DNA from: Octopus vulgaris
Lineage: Eukaryota
Direction of reading: 5' to 3'
Assembly (NCBI GenBank): GCA_951406725.2
Contig: OX597818.1
Coordinates: 95,976,001-96,040,000, forward strand
Length of the DNA stretch: 64,000 nucleotides
In this document: one piece after another, positions 53,279 to 64,000 of the stretch
Position numbering within the stretch: position 1 is the stretch's first letter
Layout: every line of letters begins with the position of its first letter
Made by a program: the position numbers and the translations under genes
Notes under the pieces: generated by a model
The model's database searches: none
Seen by the model: the letters and a program-made list of their open reading frames with translations, nothing else
What the model was told of the DNA's origin: nothing

Positions 53279-54508
53279 CTAAACCTCTGTATTAGGGCTG
53301 ACCCAGGACTAGACAGTGAGAACTTTCACAGCACCAATAGCAAAAATAAGGTAGTGGATCGGTAGTATTCGCAGTATTTGTTTTGACTGTCCGCATTGTG
53401 AGTTCAAATCAACTTTGACTTTCACCCTTTTAGGGCAGGTTAGAGAGAGAGAGAATCAGCCCAGAGCAGTAGATCGGCAGAATTTTTAGAGAATCGGACT
53501 AGTTGCCATGCGGTATTTGTTCGGGCCCAGATTTGTGTTCTTGTTATTTTAAGCAAATCGAGTGTCCATGTTTATGTTGATTCATTGGCTCATCGTCATT
53601 TTGTTAATGTTGAAGGGACCATAGTGGATCTTTTCAGAGTATTTTGTCCTTGAGGCGTAGGTAACAGGGAATTTGGATTCTTTTTCTTCTGTATACATGT
53701 ATTGAATAATAAACAATAAATAACAATTTACTAAACAAAAACATCAATTTTTGTAGTTATAATCAAGAAAACACAAGAAGTGGTGACGAAAGCAACATCT
53801 GGTGTGACGTAACACATATATACACGTAACCTGAACGATGGATGAACAGCATTTGTTGGAAGGAAATATAGACGGGGCTGAAAAAAATAATTCGTCGCTT
53901 ACTAGAAAAGGCAAACAGTGAGTAAATTCTTTATTCAACTTTTACCTTTCGGTTTAAATATTTCATTTACTGTAATCTCTATGCCTTCTCATGTCAAATT
54001 TATTAGTCGTAATAATTCCCAGAAAACTTTTTTGTTCAGCTGTTTACTTTTTGACACTTCCATCCATGAAACTCTTCCCCTGTTGGTATGTGTGTGTGTG
54101 TATATAAATATAGTGTATATGTATATATATATATATTTATATATATAGTGTACTGTTCCGTTAATGGTGGGCTCGACTCAAACGTACTTCATCCAATGAG
54201 ATATAAATATTGTTTGATATACTCAATTTAAGTATGAGTTATAGTGATATGAAACTAATTGTAGTAGCTCGCATATCCTATGTATATTGAGATAGATGTA
54301 TGTGTGTAAATGGCGTATAATAGTTGCTTTCACAGGATTTTCAATCTACTTACTACTCTAAGCATTCTAGCATAATTAAATATACAAACTTTAAGTCTAA
54401 GTCATTTCTAAACATAATACTTCAACTTGACTCTATATTTTGAGGGTGTGTGTGTTATCAAATCTGAAATCACATTGCGTTAAAATTCTAATTAATTTAT
54501 ATGAAATT

Positions 54509-54575
54509 GGCGGAGGTAAAGAATACGCACACCACCTGTTTTCAGCGTAACTCCAAACCTAATCCCTAACGCGAA
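54509..54575. mobile_element. Single TIR of the 2964-3111 MITE family with CCTAA-type repeats
   Basis: GGCGGAGGTAAAGAATACGCACAC..GCGTAAC..CCTAATCCCTAA. Confidence 0.65.
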
Positions 54576-55276
54576 ATCCATGAAGAATCGTTTTATTAAA
54601 CGTTAAAAAGAAAATGGATATTGATTACATTTAATATCAATATTTTAGCAAACAAAATGTAGAGATGACTAATCAATATAAAAATAGTCACATGTAAAAA
54701 CCAGTTCGTGTCTGACTATTAACGCGCGCGTATGTGTATGTACTATATATAAATAATCGATAAGCATGTTTGTGAGCATGTAGCTTATTTAAACAAAACT
54801 TTATTTTGTGAGTATATTTTACGCACCTAAATTATATAGCAGTCAACCCATTAACGTGTGTATATGTGTGTATATATATACATTGCTAATTTCATAAGAA
54901 TTTATAAGCTTTGAGAGAATATGAAATATTGGATATCGAGAGAATATGAAACATTGGATATTGAAGCAGATATGCTATAAATAGCTTGTAAATATTGAGG
55001 TAAAAAAACGTGTGTGGTTTGGTGTCACAAACACACATTCTATCCCCACCCCATATATACATACATAAACCACTTATATGTCTGCGATCATATAACTTAT
55101 CTTATTTAAGCAAAACTTTTTCTGAATGTATTTTATGCACGCAGATTTATATAATTTACCCAAACCACGTCTAGATAATATTTCGCTGACTGGAAGAATA
55201 GAATTCTTATGTAGAAATTTTACCATCTTTGGCAGTGTTTATTTAACACACCCAAAATGAATACGTCTCCTGATGA

Positions 55277-55310
<34 letters not shown>

Positions 55311-55549
55311 CTAGCTTAAAAGCTAGTATGTAGCTTTTAGTAACTGACCCTGAATGGGTAGATCTGCAAACAGATCTCTGACTTGTTTTGGAGAATTTGT
55401 TGCAATTGCTTCCTCCAGAGTCATATATCAATGATGATCATATTCGTTGCAAAAAATCATGTAAAAAAGAATCGCCGAAAACAATCATAGTAATGTAAAC
55501 ACAGGAATCCCAAATTTCAGGATTGCAGATCCAGATTCAGCTTGGAATG

Positions 55550-55799
55550 TGTGGTGTGTGCGAGAGATTCGAATATAAAGGCACCTACCTTCTCTTCTCT
55601 CTGATGGAGACCCTTCAGTTGTAACTGATCCTTCGACACAGCCTGAGATAGCAGCTGCTTCACCCAGCCTTAGCAACGTCTTCACCCGTCTTAACACCTT
55701 GACGACCCTGGTTCGAAAAGCCGAAATCCCCGCTCGCTGCGTGCGCGTCCCAGCTGCCCCCTCCCGGTCAGCTCACCCAGCTGCTGACGTCATCCCACA
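55550..55799 (-). repeat. 3' LTR (250 bp)
   Basis: Direct repeat of 59361-59640 with two main indels. Confidence 0.95.
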
Positions 55800-55812
55800 C
55801 GCCACCCTGATC

Positions 55813-58560
55813 TTAAAGATCACAATCTCTCTGCCCCATGTCGTAGTCCACCATCCAACCAAGAGGGCGCTTGGCGCATCGAGATCCTCTCAAGCTGGGC
55901 ACCTCGTTCTCCCCCTCTCCAGAATCGTCCGTCGAAGCGACAATCCTGCGAAGGTCCAAGACGTGTTGCGGCATTCCATCCACGGAGACGTTGTTTCTGA
56001 AATTGACCGCCGTCATCGTTCCTCTGCTCCATTGAGACGTACAGCGTGCCTTTGGTGGCTTAATCCAGACTTCCTCCCCTATTTTCAGGCAAACGGGTCC
56101 CTTCTCTTCCTCGTGGCCCTCCGGCGCTTTGCTTGAGTGCCTCCATTCACATTTAAATACAGCTCTCTGCGGTACAGATTCCTCAGCTTGTCCGGATCGG
56201 GGAGACAAGTTGTACCAAAAAACTGCTTCAAGCGGCGAAATGTGCCCTCTTTCCACTATGGCCTTGACTGTCCGATGGTGCCTCTTTAAGATCCTGTTAC
56301 CGCTCGGCCTATACGCTGCTCTGAACAAGCAACGCACCTTCCACCGATCAAGCATAAGCCTCAATGCTTCCGAACGAAACGCTGCCCCATTGTCCATCAG
56401 CAGTTCTTCTACGGGACCTCTCTCTAAAAATATCCTGTTCAAGATCTGCGCGATCTCGTCAGCAGTGCCCGTTCTCAAAACCCTCCAAATGGCCAGCCAG
56501 CCTGGCCCGCAGTTGACCATGGAGAGGTACATTCCCTGATGGTAGTGTGTCACATTCACAGCTAGCCTTTTTCAGTTCTGCTCCACCGAAAGGCTTCCCT
56601 GTTCATGCCCACACGGAGCAGGGTCGATGGACTGACACCTGTCGCAGCTCCCGACCACCTTCCGGATGCTTCTAGTGACGTCAGCATCAATTTTCTTTGC
56701 CAGATAAAGGGTTCTGTCCACACCCAGGTGATGCATAGCATGCAGTCTCTTCAGTTCAGAGTCATCCAACCGACATGCTGCAGCTATCCCTTTCCGGGCC
56801 TCCTCCGGTTCTTCCAACCATGCTCTTTTCACCCTGGTCAGTACGTCCGCCCTGTTTTTCTCCGAAGGCACGAAAACCACATTCAGCTTCAGTCCGAACT
56901 CAGCGATCAATTCACCTAGACGGCGCTTTACTAACATCTCCACGGCATCTTTCGACCGCACTCTCCTTTCACCGGTGATCACCGATCCTACCCAGCCAAG
57001 CACAGTGGCCGAATCCGTCTGGATTTCAATTGTGCGCAGCCCCCATTTCAGGGCCAAGTTCACCCCTTTCAGCACCGCGTCTAATTCGGCAACATTGATG
57101 TGGTTGAAGTCATCTGCTTTCTGAATCCAGGCCGCGTCCTCCACCACAGCACCTTCGATTGCCAACACAACCCCTATCGCTATACTGCTAGCATCACACC
57201 AGACGGTCCTGCATTCCATCTTGGGCACGTACCAGTTCCCCCTGACCGGGTCTTCCACTCTTGTCCTCTCTAGGATTTCCTGCATCATCGCCACCGTCCC
57301 TTCTCCCACCTTGTCGCCCCAACTCTCCCCCTCTGCTCGTCTCTTGGTGTAACTGCACGCTGTGTGCAGCCATCCAGCGATCTGGTAGTGACCGACCAAC
57401 TTCCCACATACTGAGAACAGCTCTCTCCTGCTGACGCTGGAACTCAGCTCTGGGATTTCATTCCCTCTCCAGAACACCAATTCATCCGATCTATCTCTTT
57501 GCAGCTTCAGCCCCAGTGTGGCTCCCCCTTCCATCGACTCCGGTGGCTTCGCAATCAGTCCGAACTTCTCCAGATGTCTAACTACCTCGTTGGCTGGCAC
57601 TACAGTTTCGTCCACCAAAATGTCGTTAATGTAGGAGCTGGTGGCCTTTCTAATCTTGCCGTCTTTCCCTAGGACGGACTTAAGCACTGCCGCCATGATC
57701 TTCGGAGCGGAATTCAGCCCGAAACCCAGCCTGGTTAAACAGTACGTCCGGCCTTTGTACCGCACCAGCTGATATCGCCACAGTTTGTCGCTCACATGGA
57801 GCTGCAAGTATGCCGATTTCAAGTCGACTGTTTCCACACACGTAACATCTCGCCACAAACGTCTGTCGCCTCACCTCCCATGTGACACGATATATGCTGG
57901 TTTAGCTCCCTGAAGTCCAGCACCGGTCTGACTTTTCCCTTCGTAGGCTGCACCACCGCATTCAGGGGTAGCACTCCGCCCACTACCTCCTCTTTCCAAG
58001 GGACAAGGACCCCTTCCTCGATCCACCTCTCCACCTCGTCTTCAAACTCGACCCTGGAGTGGCCTTTCAGAGTATGCTGGTAACAGCTCACCCTGTTTTC
58101 CAGCGTCGGGGGCTCGTCCTTCCATCGCCACTCTATCGTCCACCGCTGACCATCGAACGCCGCCTGAAAGTCTTTGTCCTCGATGGTGTATGCGACGCAG
58201 TCCCTCGCGAGGCTCTGCTCTCTGGTGATCCTGACTCGCAGTGCACGACGCCCCCACGCTTCCGAATGTGACCTCATTTCCCACAACACTGACGCCACCG
58301 AGGCAGTTGATGGCGTCCATCCCCATCACCACATCAACCCCATCTATCATGCGTTCAGCCACAATTACCTGCAGCCTTAGCGTCGCACCGCACACCACTA
58401 TCTCTACCTTGCTGCTGCCTCTGCAACAGATTTCGCTGCCGTCGACCGCCCGGACACTACTTGCCCCGTTCCATTCCTTCGCCACCCTTGAAATCACAAG
58501 GCTTTGAACGTCTTCCCCCCGGCCTCCACGTCAATTAACGGCAGCATCTCCAATAGCGCC
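55813..58560 (-). pseudogene. pol (protease remnant, RT, RNase H, integrase), disrupted
   Basis: RPVLDFRELN, DLKSAYLQ, FGLNSAP, YINDIL (from YIDD), WCDASS/ELDA/TDS/NRAD, HAMHH..CDRC, MDNG; frameshifts and a TGA; protease DTG motif deleted near 58500. Confidence 0.93.
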
Positions 58561-58561
58561 T

Positions 58562-59325
58562 CTACTCATTTGCGGGGAAAGTTCGAGAGGCAGCAACTTC
58601 CCCGTGGTCGTTTCCCTGGTCGCAATCACGGGCGATGTGCCCTGTCTGCCTGCATCGATAGCAAACGGGCACCGGTTGCGTACAGTCTCGCGCCATGTGC
58701 GACCCCCGACATCTAAAACACCGACCTGAGAACAGCCGCTGTTGTTGCATGGTGAGCTTCTGTACGTCTTTCTCCGGTTGTCGTCCGTCTTTATGCACCT
58801 CCGTCATCGCCATTGCTATCGCCTTCCGCCCAGAGTGTCGCGTCAACACGCGGGCTTGAGTCACAAGTTCGCTCAGCACCGTCTTTTTAATCCCAGGCAA
58901 TCATTGTAGGTGAATCCCTACATCGTTGGGGAACCCATTTACAAACGCCAGCCGCGCTGCTCTCTCCAGCCCTTCTCCCGTAAATCCAGCCAGCGTCACT
59001 AACCTTCTAACTTCTGCCACGTACTCGTCCACTTGTCCTCCTGTCCATCTGATTGTACCCAGCTTAGCAAAAGCTGTGTATTCACATTCTGTGTAGGTAT
59101 CCCGCAAACGTTGCTCTATCTTTTCCTTGCTCAGGCGTTCCTCCTCCTCCATCTCAAGGTATAGCGTTAACGCGCTCCCTTCAAATACAGTGCCATAAGA
59201 CTTTCCACATCGCTTATACCTTGCAGTCTTGCCACCAGCCTGATTTTACGAATCCAGGTCACTACATCGCTTTCACCATTGAAGGGTCTGATGATGTCGC
59301 TGGCGATCCTGATTTTCGCAGACAT
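58562..59325 (-). pseudogene. gag with two zinc knuckles, disrupted
   Basis: MSAKIRIASDIIRPFNGESDVVTW.. start; CFRCRGSHMARDC and CYRCRQTGHIARDC; one frameshift and one stop. Confidence 0.9.
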
Positions 59326-59360
59326 CGTGGTGACGACTTATGTGAAGTACCGAAATAGCT

Positions 59361-59640
59361 TGTGGTGTGTGCGAGAGATTCGAATATAAAGGTACCTACC
59401 TTCTCTTCTCTCTGATGGAGACCCTTCAGTGGTAACGGATCCTTCGACACAACCCGACCCAAACGCTAGAGATAGCAGCTGCTTCACCCAACCTTAGCAA
59501 CGTCTTCACCCGTCTTAACACCTCGACGACCCTGGTTCGAAAAGCCGAAATCCTCGCTCGCTGCGCGTGCGTCCCGGCTGCCCCCTTCCGGTCAGCCCCA
59601 ACTTCCAATCAGCTCACCCAGCTGCTGACGTCATCCCACA
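59361..59640 (-). repeat. 5' LTR (280 bp)
   Basis: Direct repeat of 55550-55799. Confidence 0.95.
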
Positions 59641-60394
59641 GAATGTTTTTAATTTATTCACGGAGTTAGCTTTTAGATTATAAAAATTGTTATCGAACAA
59701 AAAAATTTGTCGCAAAAAGTCACGTAAAAGATCGCCAAAAGCAATGACAGTCATGTAAACTTAGGAATCCAAAATTTCAGGATTGTGGGTCTGGATCGGC
59801 CCGGAATATTTTTAATTTACTTATGGAGTCAGCCGGATTCCATATATTATATTAGACTGATTATTATATTAGACAAAGCTTAAAAGCAATGTAAGTGATT
59901 GACTGAGAGTTATTCTTTACTGTTGACTTCTGTTTGGCAGAATTCTGGTTTTCCAACTTGATCACTTTTTATTTTTTGAAATTTTCAGAAAATTTTTGTG
60001 AATTTGTTGCATTCTACACACGGGAATTCATACGTTATGAAAAAATTTTCAAAATTTTCTTTTTTACCCCATCCCTGCCTCAAGTTCCACTCTTTTTTTT
60101 AATTCTTTTTTTTTTTAATCTGAGTTTAAAATACAGACAGTTTGAATTTTTTGCTTAAATTCTAGGAATGGACTAACTTTGGGTGCATCATCATTCTGCT
60201 AAATGTATTTATGGGAAGAAAAATATTGATAAACGTTGATACATGTCAGAATGGAAAAGAAACGAAGTGGGTATCAGGTAGTCTAGAGACGTGCTAAATA
60301 TAGCAGCTAAATCACCCTTAAATCACACACAAAACGATATATTTTGCATAATCGTATGAATTCTTGGGTGTTGAACACAATTCTTTTATTCTTT

Positions 60395-60598
60395 TATTTG
60401 TTTCATTCATTTAACTGTCGCCATGCTGGAGCACTGCCTTTAGTCGAGCAAAATCAACCCCAGGAAAAATTTTTTATAAGCCTGGTACTCATTCTATCAG
60501 TCTCATTTGCTGAACTGCTAAATAACAGGAACGTAAACACACCAGCATCAAGCAATATTGGGGGGAAAAACACAAACTCACAAACATACATGTGTGTG

Positions 60599-60640
<42 letters not shown>

Positions 60641-60795
60641 CATACATACGACTGGCTTCTTTCAGTTTCCATCTACCAAATCCACTCACAAGGCTTTGGT
60701 CGGTCCGAGGCTATAGTAGAAATCACTTGCCCAAGGTGTATGTCAACAGTGGGACTGAACCCGGAACCATGTGGTTGGTAAGCAAGCTACTTACC
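60395..60795 (-). mobile_element. Full family A SINE
   Basis: Reverse complement collinear with 25465-25850. Confidence 0.9.
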
Positions 60796-61160
60796 ACACA
60801 ACCACTCCTGTGCCTATACAAATTCACAAAAATTTTCTGAAATTCTAAAAAATTAAAAAAGTTAGGAGGGGTTATATGGGCTGCTTAAACCAAAATTCCA
60901 CCTGTTTCTTTTGTTTGTTCTATTTTAACTGACAAAAGAAACTAAAGGGCTGAGAAAGTACCAAGCATGAAACTCTTGATCCTTGAGTCATTTTTGAAAC
61001 TTCAAGTAAAAATAAAAGAAACGTATATATACTAATGTATTGTGTACTAATTCTGATTGTTCAACTGAGACTCCACACACAAACACCTTCACACCTTACA
61101 AATTTGTAAGTATACAGATGTGATTCACAACACCTGCTAAATTATATTTGTAGATAAAAT

Positions 61161-61285
61161 GGCTTACCTACACAAGTGTGCCCCCACCAACTTTGCTTCC
61201 TTGTGTTTTTTAGAAGGCTATACCTACACAATTGTGCCTCCCACCCCCAACTTTGTTTCCTCATATCTTTCAGAAAAATGGATCA
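61161..61285. mobile_element. Two tandem TIR remnants of the 2869-3538 MITE family
   Basis: GGCTTACCTACACAAGTGTGCCCC and GGCTATACCTACACAATTGTGCCTCC..ACTTTGTTTCCTCATATCTTTCAGAAAAATGGAT. Confidence 0.65.
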
Positions 61286-61986
61286 CTTGTTTAAGTATGC
61301 AGGGATGCTGATGATATATCAATATTTAGAATTGAACTTTCCTAGCAAGTTATTTGATCTGTGACTGTGCTAAAACTCAAGCAGTTTCATTGTGGAATAA
61401 CTATTTTAGCTTTCTATAAACACTCAAAATATTTTCTGGATTTCACTATTCATATATTTCTTGTAGCATTGAAATATTCACTGCATAACTGTGTCTTGGT
61501 TACCAACACAGTTCTACTGCAATTTGGTGAAATCTCAAGAAGTATTTCAAAAGTGAATTAACAGAGTGGGATTGTATTGTGTTTTTTAGATTACTAAACA
61601 CTCTTTCATGATGTAATTCTATCAATAACTATCATTTTTTTATTAATTAAACGAGTATTTTCATTTCTAAGAACACCTGAAAAGCCAAAAGACTGCATCA
61701 AGTGCCAGTATCTGCTTTGGCATGGCTTCTTTAGGTTGGATGGATGACCTTTGTTATGCTGACCACTATTTACTGAGTATACTAGGTGCATTCTTTGGAG
61801 CACCAGCATTGTGTGTGTATGTGTGTTGTCATACAAGTAGTATGGTTTTTTCAGCCTTCCATGGAAAACATTGGAATTATTTTCTTGCTTGGAAACAAGT
61901 GAGGGTTGATGACAGGAAGAGTATATGGTTGTGGAAAATCTGCTTCTGCAAATTCCACCTGAGCATAGAAAAGTGGACATTAAATG

Positions 61987-62020
<34 letters not shown>

Positions 62021-62021
<1 letters not shown>

Positions 62022-63015
62022 TAGCTGGGCCCTGTTGCCATAAAAAATAACAGCTAATTGTAGTATTTTATATATAAATAAGGTACAAAACCAAGATGTT
62101 GATTTAATAATTCTTTTATTTGTAAACTTTTATGTGAAAAATCTATCCGCAACTAACATCCTTTGACTGCTTGTTTCCTTCAAAAGAATTTTCAAGTTTT
62201 CCTTCCTTCTTGTCTGACTTAAGGCTACATAAAGCCAGCCATTACTAAATACGGGAGCTGGCAAGTATATACCAAATACAGAGTTGAAACGCTGTTTGAT
62301 TTTTCTTTTCAGCGTTGAATGTTCACCATCCCACTTCAATTGCACACACACACACACGCGCATTCACATACCTCCCTTTTACATATACACGCATAAACTC
62401 ACACAGAATTGGAACGCTGCTTGATTTATCTTTCTCACCATACAGTTTCCATCATCTCACTACAAAGTTTGCCATCACTCCTTCCTTCTTTATTTATCTA
62501 TCATTCCTTCTATTCTCATTCATATGTTGTGACAGAGAAAATCACAAGAGTATTATGATAGCAGATAAGGTACAAAACCAAAATTTTGGTTTAATAATCC
62601 TTTTACTACCAAACTTGTGAAAAATCTATCCACAACTAACATTCTTTGATTGCTTGTTTCCTTCAAAAGGATTTTTAAGCTTTCCTTACTTCTTGTTCGA
62701 GTTAAGGCTACATAAGGCTGGCCATGACTAAATACAAGAGCTGCTAAGTAAATACCAAATACACATAGTTGAAACGCTGTTTGATTTTTCTTTTCAGTGT
62801 TGAATGTTAACCATCCCACTTCCATTTCACATACGCGTATGCACACACACACACTTACACTTCCTCCCTTTTACATACACACACATATATTCACACAGTT
62901 GAAACGCTGTTTGATTTACTTTTTCAGCATAGAATTTTCATCATCCCACTACCAAGTATGACATCACCTCTTTCATCCTTATTCATCTATCATCCCTTCC
63001 TTTCTCATTCATATT
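62021..63015 (-). mobile_element. Helitron 3' region with tandemly duplicated PIF1 C-terminal fragment
   Basis: GIYLPAPVFSNGWLYVALSQ and GIYLAALVFSHGQPYVALTR (helicase motif VI) in two ~490-bp units; minus strand GGCAACAGGGCCCAGCTAG|T end. Confidence 0.8.
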
Positions 63016-63034
63016 ATAGTATTATTATAGTAGA

Positions 63035-63400
63035 CTAGCACTATGACCCAGCAACGCCGGGTCATAGTGCTAGTGCATGCATATACAGCTGCGTGCGTGT
63101 GCACATACATGCAAGTACTGTCCAAATCTCCGACCAATCACATACAGCTAGCTGGCATTCAATTGGCGTACCAAGTTTCAGGCATTTTGATTGGGTTTTG
63201 GATTGAAAATTCACAAAAAAGTCACTTCTATTGATTTTTTTAATGGCTTTACGGGGGTGACTGGGGAAATGTAAAGATCTGCACGACCACCCTTGGACGG
63301 TTTTGAATGACCATAGAAAGTGCGAACCCTCTAACTGAAAAATTGTGGATTTGTATAAAGGATATGCACACAGACATTTTGCCGTTTATATATAGAGAGA
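63035..63400 (-). mobile_element. Non-autonomous Helitron with fully palindromic 3' end
   Basis: Minus strand A|TCTCTCTATATATAAACGG start; end ACTAGCACTATGACCC-AGCAACGCC-GGGTCATAGTGCTAGT. Confidence 0.75.
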
Positions 63401-63714
63401 TTATCTTGGTAACCATGGGAGCTATGAAAAAAATACAAAACCCAGCAACACCACTGGATCAGTCTATACATTTGTGTAATTTTTTGCACAATTCCAACCA
63501 GCCGTTTGACCATGAATCCCAAGACAAGAAAATATACAAGAAAGAATCGCCCTACAATTTCCATTTGATTTTCATTTTGATGTTGATGTACTTGACTCAA
63601 TAGGTCTCCTCAAACACAGCAGGTTTCCCTACAATCCAAGGTATTTTAGAATGTGCTGGGGCTGGTTATGCGAAACTGGTGTAGGATACAGCCATCTTCA
63701 CAGTCACAACATAT

Positions 63715-64000
63715 CTTCAGAGGTCTCAGTCTTTTATCATTGCTTCTGTGAGGCCCAATGTTCGAAGGTCATGCTTCACCACCGCGTCCCATGTCTTCCT
63801 GGATTCCTTCAACTGTTAGGGAGTGGCACTTCTTCACGCAGCTCTCCTCATCCATCTGTAGTACATGACCATACCAGCGCAAACGTCTCTCTTGCATGCC
63901 ACATCCAATGCTTCTTATGTGCAGCATTCTCAGGGCGCTTACACTCTGTCATGTGTGCACACTGACATTACACATCCAGCAGATCATGCTAGCTTCATTT
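63715..64000 (-). mobile_element. RTE LINE fragment running off the window
   Basis: Minus translation NEASMICWMC..QERRLRWYGHVLQMDE. Confidence 0.8.

Larger units (their letters stand above)
55550..59640 (-). mobile_element. Ty3/Gypsy LTR retrotransposon, structurally complete but decayed
   Basis: LTRs 55550-55799 and 59361-59640 with TGTGG..CCACA ends; 5-bp TSD GAATG; minus-strand order gag-PR-RT-RH-IN. Confidence 0.97.

Overview
Eukaryotic, AT-rich, repeat-dominated non-coding DNA (large intron or intergenic). The repeat repertoire suggests an octopus-type cephalopod genome; this is an inference from pattern recognition, not a database result. I can support no intact host protein-coding gene, and almost all listed ORFs are microsatellite or repeat artefacts. 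The window holds a structurally complete but decayed Ty3/Gypsy LTR retrotransposon (55550-59640, GAATG TSD) and several Helitrons, some with PIF1 helicase remnants. It also has Tc1/mariner-superfamily elements (DD37D/maT-like, mariner, Tc1, pogo-like MITEs), a Merlin/ISXO2 transposase remnant with GG-terminated MITEs, and RTE, CR1, R4/Dong and Tx1-like LINE fragments. At least four tRNA-derived SINE families and very long microsatellites, including about 2 kb of (TA)n, fill the rest. The most interesting signal is two head-to-head palindromic insertions carrying Penelope-type hammerhead ribozyme motifs on opposite strands. One (25928-26140) is a near-perfect 103-bp-arm hairpin with a complete type I hammerhead per arm. 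The other (49349-49892) fuses a tRNA-like Pol III head to a hammerhead tail, with the inverted dimer inside one 13-bp TSD, making it a candidate Penelope-mobilised ribozyme SINE. Coordinates were counted by eye and may be off by a few bases; repeat ends lacking a TSD or TIR are approximate.
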